Shown here piece after piece: positions 37,415 to 47,959 of a stretch of 58,702 bases of DNA. The translations under genes and the position numbers were made by a program. The notes below the pieces were generated by a model. That model worked only from the letters and a program-made list of their open reading frames with translations. It had not been told where the DNA came from and ran no database searches. The stretch is taken from assembly GCA_026025075.1 (NCBI GenBank), contig JAPEUI010000047.1, positions 62,001 to 120,702 on the forward strand, in the 5' to 3' direction. The stretch's first letter is position 1. Every line of letters starts with the position of its first letter. Origin of the DNA: Vezdaea acicularis. Its lineage: Eukaryota.

Positions 37415-39133
37415 ATGAGTACCTTGATTGAGCAAAGAGGGGTTCGGGTAGCTTTTGAGGGATGCGTAAGTTGGCTGTCATACATCATATCGTTGGTTGG
37501 TATTGATCTATACCCCTAGGGTCATGGAACGCTCAATGCCATATATGCATCGATAGAGAAATCCTGCGCTGAGAAGGGGTGGGCAAAAGTAGACCTTCTG
37601 GTCATAGGGGGAGATTTCCAGGTATGATCTACAATGTCACAACAATTTATTAGTGCTCTAATATCTACATATTAGGCGGTACGAAATGCAAGAGACCTAA
37701 ACTGCATATCTATGCCAGCGAAATACCGTGAAATTGGCGATTTCCATGACTATTACAGCGGGGCGCGAACAGCACCTTACCCTACCATATTCATTGGTGG
37801 TAACCATGAAGCCAGCAATTACCTCTGGGAATTATATTACGGCGGATGGGTTGCGCCAAATATCTACTACATGGGTGCAGCAAATGTTATCAGGTTTGGC
37901 CCGCTTCGCATTGTGGGGATGTCAGGCATATGGAAAGGTTACAACTATAAAAAGCCTCATCATGAAAGGCTTCCTTACAGTAACGACGACATCAAGTCAA
38001 TATACCACATTCGGGAACTCGACGTTCGCAAGCTGCTTCAGATAAGGACGCAAACAGATATCGGTATCAGCCACGATTGGCCAAGAGCTATCGAATGGCA
38101 TGGTGATCATCGAACCTTGTTCAGAAAAAAGGATATGTTCGAAAGTGAATCTAAAGCGGGAACTCTGGGAAGTGCTGCTGCAAAGTATGTGATGGAACGG
38201 TTGAGGCCAGCATGGTGGTTTGCAGCTCACATGCACATTAAGTTCTCCGCTGTCGTCACTCACGAACAGAATCCCGCTGCGGCTCTGCACCCGATCCATC
38301 CCAATGGATCCACCGAAGGAGACGTGAAGCGTGTGCAAAATGACGAGGAAATCGACTTGGACTTAGATATGGAAGACGGTCCACCAGTTGCTACAACTGA
38401 TGACGCTCATACCAACCCGAGTGGTTCTGGTGTCCCCAACTCTGGTGGGGGTGTAGTACCGGAGTCAATTAGATCCCAGCTCCCTGCGTCTTTCCAACAT
38501 ATTTCAACGCCTCCAGACAAGCAGCCGGATCCTATGCCGCGTGCTATAAAAAATAGAACTACAAGATTTCTTGCGTTGGACAAATGCCTCCCACATCGAC
38601 AATTCCTGCAGTTACTGGAACTAGGCCCTATCTCGGATGTTGCTGGCTCTGCCGTAGCCTCGGAAATTAATGGGTACACCCTAAGATACGACAAGGAATG
38701 GCTCGCGATCACACGTGTTTTTGCTCATGATCTGCACCTGGGTGATGCGAGTGCCCACACACCAAGAGATATGGGCAACCAACATTACGGGTTGCTGATC
38801 GAGCAGGAGGAGAATTGGGTTGAGGAGCACCTTGTTGCCTCTGGGAAGATGGACATCCCCATAAACTTCGAGCAGACCGCACCCACCTATGACCCTAGTG
38901 CGGGCGACCATGATCCGCAGCTACCTGCAGAATACAACAATCCTCAAACCATTGCTTTTTGCTCTCTCCTCGAAATTCCTAATAAGTTCTATGCAACTGA
39001 CGAGGAAAAAGCACAAAGGATGAAGAACGGGCCACCTCCCGAGTCTATCAGATCGTCTAACTTCAACAACCATAGAGGCGGCCGCAGAGGTAGAGGGGGC
39101 AGTAGAAGTACGAGAAGAGGGGGTCGGTGGTGA
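37415..39133 (+). CDS. DBR1: RNA lariat debranching enzyme
   Basis: VAFEGC/GHGTL, GGDFQ/AVRN, IGGNHEASNY, ISHDWP, AAHMH, FLALDKCLP; two 5' introns. Confidence 0.95.
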
Positions 39134-40888
39134 TCATACGAAGCTATCTCTCAGGAGATGTTGCTAAGAAGCTGGCGATCGACGGTCTTGAACCAGCCCT
39201 TACGCATAGGGTGCGCCTGTTCACCAGAGCACGAGCAAACAGTCGTAAGTGAACCCTCGTCATCATGTTCTCTAGGAATGGTAATGAATTAAGCGCAGAC
39301 CAGTTCTAGCCCCATGCGAACTCCCGTGTGTCCATTGTGTCCAGCGCGTTGCCGTGCACTATTTTTGCACAAACGATCTGCGCATCCTTCTCACTCGTGG
39401 GAATGGCGTCGTGTAATACGGTATATGTCTATCTGTCGCATGTGTGCAGGGTAGCCCTGAGCTTCCCGTGGTAGCAGGCCAGTGAAACTATTGATAGTGG
39501 TGGGGGAACACTACCCCTCCAGGAGGCTTGCAAGCCACGCCAAGCCGCGTCAAGCCCTCTACGTCAGAGGCTCGTGAAAATCTCCGGCGAACGCGACACA
39601 GCCATTGCACACGCAACGAGAGGCGCGCTTCTGAAGCATACGATAGCGACGATCGTCTCTCGGTCGAGCAGGAGGTGCATCCGCGAATTTGTTTCGGCAA
39701 GCAAGCCAAGAACCGATCCGATCCGTCTCTTCCAGACGTCAAATCTCGAAATAGCGGCCTGGTCTCGCCTTTGACCGGCGGTCGCCGAGTGCAATTGGTG
39801 CAAACACTGGCGAACAAGCTCCAGCGGCGCGAAAAGAAGCACGTAGATCGCTCCATGCGGTTTACGCAAGCAGAGATCGGCGACGCTGTTGAGACATGGA
39901 CACCGTCCAGATCTCCATCCGCGCCACAGTAACGCTCTGGCTCGCGATAACCTCGCCATCCCTGACTCACTGGCCCTATTCCACGCGGCAGAGCAGGCAG
40001 CAGGGCAAGAGCCCTTTGACCAGACCGCAGCTTCGAATCAGGATGGATTCCTAAGCGAGGGAAGACTCGACGGGACGTGTCCCCAAGTCCTGCTGCGAAG
40101 ATGCCGATCGGGAAGGTTTACGCCCGTGCATTCCTCCTCCAAAGTCCGCCAGAGATGGAGGTCTGACGAACTGGCGCCCTCCCGTTTGCGATGATTGTAT
40201 TACGGTGCTCCGGACGCCCTGCTAAAGTCGGCAACGCAGAATTGATCTGGCAGCATTCTCCGGCCGCAAGCCGTTGGCAGGCAATATTGCACAATTTGTG
40301 CCCATATTATGCATTGAGCATTCCCTCGGTGCAAGATGCCGCCACTTTGTGCCGTCGGCGTTTCATGGCCGCGTCTGCAGCTGCACGCGGCCTCTCTCTC
40401 GCCGGTGGCTAGCGCCCTCTCTAGCGATCGCCGTTTCCGTCCGCGCCCGAGGCCCCAGCACGACGGACCCTGAGTCGATAATCGTGCAGCCGGTGGCTTG
40501 TCCGCCCCGCCCGACGTCTGGCACCCTGCAAGCGTCCCACGAGTCGAGAATAGAGAAGCAGGTCCCATGCCATCCAGGCCTGACTAGAAACGGCCGCTAC
40601 TTAATTCCCCTCCATTCCCCCTCCTCCCTCTCCATTCTTCCTAATTCCGTTTTATGCTCGCAGATTTTATATATCCCCTGATCATCGCGCGACTTTTCTT
40701 TATCTTCATCCGTCAGGATTCAGGGTCGACTATTACATTGATCTTATCGTGCCCGATCTAGATCGGTGGCGATATTCGCATCCTTCCCCCGAGCAACAAG
40801 AGGCTTGGACCACCCCAATCGGCAAGCTATCTATATCCTTCACAACAACCCCAAACACGATTTGCCTTGTCAATCAACCTCGAGCATC

Positions 40889-41152
40889 ATGACGAAGTCC
40901 CTTTTCACAGAACACCTTGACCCTCAAGGCGCGCCCACCTCAGGAGCCAACGTCAGCCTCGAAGACATCCTCGAAGAGACCAGGCGCAACAGCTTCACAT
41001 CTCCGACACGAGATTCCTCATCTTCTGGCGACGAAAGTCACGACTCGAGGCGCACGTCCCAAGAAAGCATTAGCACCAGCAACTCGGATAAGACCACCTC
41101 ACGCCTAAAGCGGATCAGACGCATCGCAATGGGTGGCGACAAGCCAAAATGA
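40889..41152 (+). CDS. Small (87-aa) Ser-rich hypothetical protein
   Basis: ATG in ATCATG context; MTKSLFTEHLDPQGAPTSGANVSLEDILEETRRNS...; pyrimidine-rich leader and TTTATATA upstream (~40667). Confidence 0.6.
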   Translation: MTKSLFTEHLDPQGAPTSGANVSLEDILEETRRNSFTSPTRDSSSSGDESHDSRRTSQESISTSNSDKTTSRLKRIRRIAMGGDKPK

Positions 41153-41878
41153 GGAGACGCCGGAAATAGGGACACGAAGTCGAAGATACAACGATAGCAC
41201 GGGAGTTATGGGCGTTAGAAAAATGATACCTTGCCACCACTGCGATAATACATTGCTTCGTACACCAAAAGTCTTGCATTCGCCATGTCGTTACCAAAAG
41301 TCGCATTGCCGGACGCCTCCCTTCTCGCGCGATACCACGATAGTCGCGGGATACCACATTCTACATAATTAAGCGGTGGGACCAAGGTCACGCCCTCGTC
41401 TTTGCTTGCGCCTCTCCGTTAGTCTAGGCCCAGGCCCCAGCTAATGCGACACCCACAAACATCACGAAGGCGGTACGGAATCGGGCGTTGTTGGTCATGT
41501 TCTGCGCTGAAAGTAGGCACTGGACAGGTGGGGCAAACACCGCCATCCCAAAGGAGCTTAGGGTGCCAATAATACGGGGGTCTTAGACGGAAAAGAGGGA
41601 CAGTCACAATAGATAGACGGAATTATCCAATCGAAAGTCCCTTTTTTGTGAAAACTTATGGCTCCTTACGATGCGCTTGCGACTTAGTCGTCTTCGATGT
41701 TGTGTTTGTGGTAATGGGGAGTCGGTAGTATTGTAGGTTATATGAGCAAGGGCGGTGTCCATTAATAGATTCCTGCGCAAAACAATACTTCAACATCATT
41801 CCTTCCGACTTATCTACCCAAATAGTCAAAGCGCAGTGCAATAATAAGAGAGAGCAAGCCAAAAAAGAATGAACATGT

Positions 41879-41991
41879 TGAGAGGAGTGGGGATCGAACC
41901 CACGCGGTTTCCCAATACGGATCACAAGTACAACCTGCGTAACAGGTGCAAATGCCTAAACGTATCGCCATAACCACTCGGCCATCCTCCC
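41879..41991 (-). tRNA. tRNA-Leu(TAG) with 34-nt intron
   Basis: Acceptor GGGAGGA/TCCTCTC+A; D arm TGGCCGAGTGGTTATGGC; anticodon stem ATACG/CGTAT with TT-TAG-G; variable arm; T arm GTGGG-TTCGATC-CCCAC; T6 Pol III terminator at 41861-41866. Confidence 0.95.
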
Positions 41992-42189
41992 GGTTTGATT
42001 CTGGTTTGAAGGCTTAAATATATCTATATAACTCAACCTGTCAGGCAGATCGATGTTTTGCTACTATGAGGGTGTTTGCACCACCCCCACTGCCGCATCC
42101 TCCAAGAGGAACGTCTGCTGCTAGAGAAACTCACTTCATGACATACACTATCTAACCTCCTCCCCCAACTCCACACGCAAGGCCTCAGG

Positions 42190-43108
42190 ATGCTAGCCCT
42201 AGCCTTAACCGCAGACCTGACCGGGTACCTTCCTGTTTCCTCCTACCTATGCGCGGAAACTTTAGGTTCATATTTGGCTGACTTACTTTGTTTACTTGAA
42301 GAGTTACGGACCTCCGCCCACTTGACAGCGAGGAGAATAATTACTTTTATACGTTTAAAGTGCAGTGTACTTCCTGCCGCGAGGTTCATGCGAATTGGGT
42401 TAGTGTTAGTAGGTTTGTACGTTTGCCCCCTTTCCCTTGTGCTAGAAGATATAGTGCGGGGTATGGTGGGGTGAGTTTCGGGGGAAGACCAGGGGGACTG
42501 AGGGGGGTTGGAGGAATGGATTAGGGTGATCGAGAAGGTTTGGAGATACACCGTTAACTGTACGCGTGCGCCAGGAGTCGAATGAACTACAAGGAAGCAG
42601 GGGTGAAGCGAACTTCGTATGGAGATGCAAGAATTGTAAGGTACATACGATCCCCGCATCCCTCCCCGCAGCCGCCACGAGGGGTAGAGGGGCCCGTCTG
42701 AGAGAGTAACAGAGGCTAATGCGAAGAGTGCCACTAGAGAGAGTCCTCAGCGCAGATCAAAACCCCACCGACGCCCTATAAACAGAAAAGTCCCCCCACG
42801 AGGCAGAACGTGATTGAGTTCGATTGTAGGGGACTTGAGTTTGTGGAGTTTAGGCCGGATGTGAGTTTCTATCTGCGCGCTGCTTCCTTGGGACACAGAG
42901 ACGGCGGAGGGCGCCGGAAAGGGAGCGGAGATCACAAGGATGTGGTGGCTGACATCGAAGCTAGGGAGAGTGGCTTGCGACGGGCTTGGAATCGAATACG
43001 CAGTTTACGGCCATAGAGCTGGGAGAAGGGGAATGGTTTGATTATGACGAGAAGGCGAGTGAGGAGGTCAGCATCAAGGATTTGAAATGGGAGATTAGGA
43101 GAGCGTGA
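42190..43108 (+). CDS. DUF866/UPF0587 CXXC zinc-binding protein (C1orf123/CZIB homolog)
   Basis: Five exons: MLALALTADLTG, FKVQCTSCREVH, GSRGEANFVWRCKNCK, IEFDCRGLEFVEFRPD, GEWFDYDEK...EVSIKDLKWEI. Confidence 0.9.
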
Positions 43109-43505
43109 GGTTTGGAGAGAGTGGTGGGGTTAGAAGTTTTTTTTGTCTTTGGGGAAAGCATTTTATAGATTCATAGTACCGTCCGCAAGATGAAGCATGT
43201 ATTCCACTTGCTGTTTTGTGAATAACCGTGTCCCAGCTCTAGCACCCGGGGACACACGGGCGCAACTTCCAGATTGCATGGTACAAAATCACCAAAAACA
43301 TATGCTCTAAATAAGCCTTAGAGAAAAATTATGTTGTAGCCTCAAAAGAAGTTTGAGATTTTTAAAAGGGTCTTCTGAATTCAGTCTATTCAACCAAAGC
43401 AGACCTCTGCACCACAACGCTTCGACCGCTTGCCGCACAAAAATCCTGGGACCTGGCCGATCACAGCAACCACCTTCCTCCACGACCTCCAAACCTCCAG
43501 CTGCA

Positions 43506-43994
43506 ATGAGTGTGCGTCTTACCGTCCCGTACATTACCCCAACTGCTAATATGCGACCTAGTTCGTGCCCATAAACCCCCGACCGCTCCTACAATCCCTG
43601 TAAGTACATCTCTTACCCTTCCCCAACCCACCTATTCACCTTTTTAACCCAAGCTGATCGCTGGTGCTGGTGATAACTAGAGTCAACGAGGAGGTCATCA
43701 TACGTCTCAAATGGGGGCAGACGGAGTATCATGGTCGGCTGGTCAGCGTGGACAGTTATATGAATGTGCAGCTGGATGGCGCGGAGGAGTATATCGATCA
43801 TAAGAAGACGAGTGGCTTGGGGCAGGTGCTGATTAGGTATGCGTCTTACCTTACTCCAGCATGGTTGAAGCGCTGTGGGTAACAGAGGTTGTGGAGTATA
43901 AGGGCGTACGGCTAATTGGTGGGTGCTGGATAGGTGTAATAATGTTTTGTGGATACAAGGGAAAACTAAGAAGGACACGGAAATGGACGGGTAG
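43506..43994 (+). CDS. SMX3: Small nuclear ribonucleoprotein SmF
   Basis: [46 protein letters not shown]...[13 protein letters not shown]. Confidence 0.93.
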
Positions 43995-44141
43995 GGGGAG
44001 AGCTGGTTAGCGGGCCAGGAAGAAGAGGACTGGATAGGGAGACCAGATCAATAGCGTTATTGGGTCATACCAAAAGTCACATGTGTCCATCAAGTATTGA
44101 ACGAGGTTCTGCAAACATACACTCAAGAGCGTATATATTGT

Positions 44142-47100
44142 TCACTCTATCTCTTCTATGACGGGTCTACGTTTACTGTCAGGATCAGGATCCGCCAGGC
44201 GTCTTGCCAGCACGTCCTCAGCGCGCTCTATTGAGGGCCCAGAAGCCGCATTGTCTGGTAGCCCTGTCAGATAACCTATGTGCCGTGCCTCTAGTGCATT
44301 GATTACGCTTGCGGCGTGTCCTCTAACAAGCTCATCGCCATCCGTATCATAGACCCAACCCAAGACTCTCAGAACAGCCTCAAGATTCTCTCCGGCAAGC
44401 CCAAAGCTTAGCTTCTTCCCCCTTTCAGCAGCCCCATCGAGCGCCGTGATGAGACTGTTAATCAGCAGCACTGCGGCTCGCCTGAGAATCTCCGTTCCGG
44501 GCTGTGACTCTAGTGTCAAGACTGACATCGCCAGATCTACGCCGGAATTCACCCTGGCGGGACCTATGCCTACGACATTCGTCTCCACAGCTTTGCCAAA
44601 GATGAGTAGCGCAGATGCGCGTATTCGTATATCTTCCTCCCCATCACGCCCTTCCCAGCCTTCCACAATCTTCAAGATCTCGTCCGCCCGCTGATCTTCC
44701 TCCTCCTCTTCATCCTCGTACAGATTCGGAACTTCGCCGCCCCATGCCTTGGCCGCTTCTTCGTTCTTGTTCGCTATAGTCTCGAGTCTCCTTCGCTTGT
44801 CTGCTTCCTCCTTAGGTCGTTTACCCCAACGCCCAGCTATGGAGAGACAGCCCTCCCCTATCCATCTGGCTGCGTCGCCGACGAGTAAGTCCCCCAGCTT
44901 TTCAACGACGCGAAGGAGCGTTTCGCCGATTCGAAGGCGCTGATCCAGCTGCATTCGCTCTTCGCGGTCTGCGTAGCTTTCTACGATGTGCTTGATCACT
45001 GTTTGCGGGTGGATGACGGCGAGTTCACCTAATGTCGTGATGGTGCTTAGGTACACGTAGTCCTCTGAGTCTTGCAGCATGCTGATGAGGAGAATGGTGG
45101 TAGAGGGGATGTCAAGGATAGGTGAGTGTGCTTTGATCAGACTCGTGAGTAAGGAGAGACCTTGGCCGCGTACAGGGGGAAGCTCGTCCATTAGGTAGTT
45201 TTGCGCGAGTGTGTAGGTTTTGCGGTCTTGACGGAGGGGGTCGGGCTCTGGCGCAGTAGGCTTTGCGGAGGAGAATGGAGCCGTGATAGTAATGTTAAGG
45301 AGGGCGGAGAGATTAGAGGCGGTTGTTGTCAGCGTTGGGGGGGCTGGAGCAGGGAGTTGAGAGATTCGTGTTAGAGATGATTGTATTGACTTGAGGGCTT
45401 TGTCCTGGCTCGGTGATGGGAGATAATCTTCTGACGTAAGGAGATTACTGAGGAGACTGAGGGCAATCGAAACAATTTCTTGGCGCTCATTTGCATGTTC
45501 TGATGTCTCATCACTCGGCACTTGCTCATCATGGCTGACAATGCTCCGTAGAGATGAGTGTAAGTCCATGGCTTTCTTTGCTTCATGTGCTTTGAGCTCC
45601 TCATCCTCATGACAGAAGTTGCTCAGGATCTGCTCGATTAGCTCGAGTAGCAAAGACGAATAGCTGGCAATTTTGTCCTTCATGAGATCCAACATGTTCT
45701 GGATGAGCTTGATATTAGCTATTTTCCCAAGCATAACTTGCTCATTCATAGCCGTGTCAGACGCTTCGAGAGCTTTAGGAGTCTCTGAGGACGGCTGAGC
45801 TCCTAGTAGCCAACTCTTGCTTATTGAAAGAAACACTTCACCAAGTTCGTGATCAAGTATGAGATCACCTCGTAGAAGCTTCATATATTCCTTCGCGCGT
45901 AGGTCGATATCGGAGACGCGCTCCATAAAGGTAGATGCATTTCCAACTAGATTGCTTCGACGTCGGACTTCTATACCCCCAGCACCCCCAGGAGCAAAGA
46001 CCCAGCCTCGTCGCCCATCGAAGAGCAAGTTCTGCCCTATTTTGATCATTTGCTCAGGGCCAGCAACCATCTTAAAGAACATGCGGATCAGATTGGATAC
46101 TCGTGAATACCACTTAGACTGCCTTCGCTTGGCAGAGTAGCAGAGGAGAGCCCAAAGAGGAAGGTAAAGGGGGGCGAGGAATCTCTTGGTCAAATTTGGG
46201 TTGGGGTGGGATGATAGTAAGATGTCAAGCCTGCTAATTGCCGTGTCAAGTTCAGTCTCTGACACAAGGCTGTTGAATGGGCTTTGCACCTGGTTGATAG
46301 GGGCTAACATTTCCGGATTTCCAAGGCTAGGATCAATATTGCTCAGGATCGGCTTTGCAAAGAGCTTCCAGCCGACCCCATCTGGCTTGCCATAGACTTT
46401 TTTACCAAGTATACCAGTACCAATAATGTATCCAGCAGCTTTGGCAATTTCAGGACCTGCCGATCCGTCTAGCAAGCTTAAGAGCTGCGTACTCAAGTCT
46501 GTAAACCAAATATCAGGCGCCATAGACCTTGGGACAGAGGAAAAAAGTCTTGAGGCAAGGTTTAGAGCTTTCATCGGTGTTACATCTTCTTTAGATGGGG
46601 TTGGTATCATATTTTGATCATAGCTGCGAATTGCGAAATATCGTACTGTATCACGGACACCATTGGGGCGAAGAGGTAATAGAGATAGTGTCTCTGTAAG
46701 ACGTTCTCGCAGCCAAGCTGGCGCCTCTGGATGTAGCAATTCTGTAAGGTTATAGAACAGCTGGGAAGTCGACGAACTTAAACGAAAACTTGTCAGCTTC
46801 TCTGCGTTGAGACGTAATCGTAATCGCAAGTGCACAGCAATTGAAGACTGTACCTTGAAAGTATATCCGAGAGCATTGGCAGAGATGAATTACACTCCAC
46901 GTATCCGGCATATGTAGGGTTCGCTCCAATTTCACAAAGGATGGCAATACGATCTGCAAAGGTGCGCTCCTGGATATCTTTCTCTAAACTCTGAACGCCG
47001 CCATGACCTTCTAAGGCTCCGAGATCATCTAGGTATTGAAAAAGTAATATTCTCTTCTCGTTGGAGCTAAGCTGGCTATCCCTCTCCGACCATTTTAGCT

Positions 47101-47525
47101 GAGAAACTGATCTAGTGCGCTTCTCTTTGGGAACGCCTACTCCATCTGACAAGCAAGGGTAGACCCCTTCTAGGAGAATGATGTCCAGTAGCAAGAACGC
47201 TGTAGGCGAGATAGTAGGGTTATGCGGCTGCCCCAGCTTAGAAACATCCCCCTTAAGGACAGCGTAGCGGACATCTCTCAGTAGAGCGATGGTATGGCTA
47301 ACGATCGCCACTCTAGCATTTGTACCTTCTTGCAACTGCGCAGTCGAGTTTAACCCCCCACGCAGACGATCAAGAACAGGCAACGCTCTAGAAGCTCGAT
47401 CCTTCTCTGCAATTTGTTGTCAGTTCGGAACATCGTAGAATCAAAATATGGAGTTCACTCTGTAGAGGAGCCAGATATGTCCGAGCAGCCGCTAGAGCTT
47501 GAGGAAGAGTTGGATGATTTTCCAT
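44142..47525 (-). CDS. RTP1: RNA polymerase II assembly factor Rtp1/TANGO6 (ARM/HEAT repeat)
   Basis: LEGVYPCLSDGVGVP, LPLRPNGVR, DELPPVRGQGL, LQDSEDYVYLS, LDQRLRIGE; start exon 47525-47459 and intron 47458-47407. Confidence 0.85.
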
Positions 47526-47706
47526 ACTCATCTGATGTCAGGTTGAATTGGGATATCGATACGGACTGATCAACCTCAACTAATCTCCTAAAAGTTACAT
47601 GACTGCAATGACCATGAAAATACCGCTTTAAATGATAGATAAAAAAAGGTGACTTCTCGCTCTGTTTCGAAAACTTGTCACATGCCGCCGTGACCAAAGC
47701 CGTTAA

Positions 47707-47740
47707 GCGACGCGGTGGGTCGCGTGTGTTCGCGTCGAGG
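47707..47740. promoter_or_regulatory. Three CGCG cores at exact 10-bp spacing (MCB/SCB-like)
   Basis: ACGCGG, TCGCGT and TCGCGT with CGCG starting at 47711, 47721 and 47731, between the RTP1 start and the candidate telomerase RNA. Confidence 0.45.
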
Positions 47741-47959
47741 TGATCTTCCCCTTCCTAGGCCTTCAAATTGCCTCTTCCACCAAATTTCTCTAATGACCCA
47801 GTGGAATTCAGCATGAAGTCAATGGAAAGACACATCTTCAAGCCCACTATCAACTGTACCCTGGTCCAATCGTCAGCTGACTTTGGCCAATCCAAACCTG
47901 TCAATCCTTGGCCTGCATTCTCTCCATCACTTGGAACATAGAGTGGTTTTACATATCAC

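Noticed and set aside
39488..40681. Overlapping 100-160 aa ORFs
   Set aside because: Expected in GC-rich DNA with few stops; no domain signal
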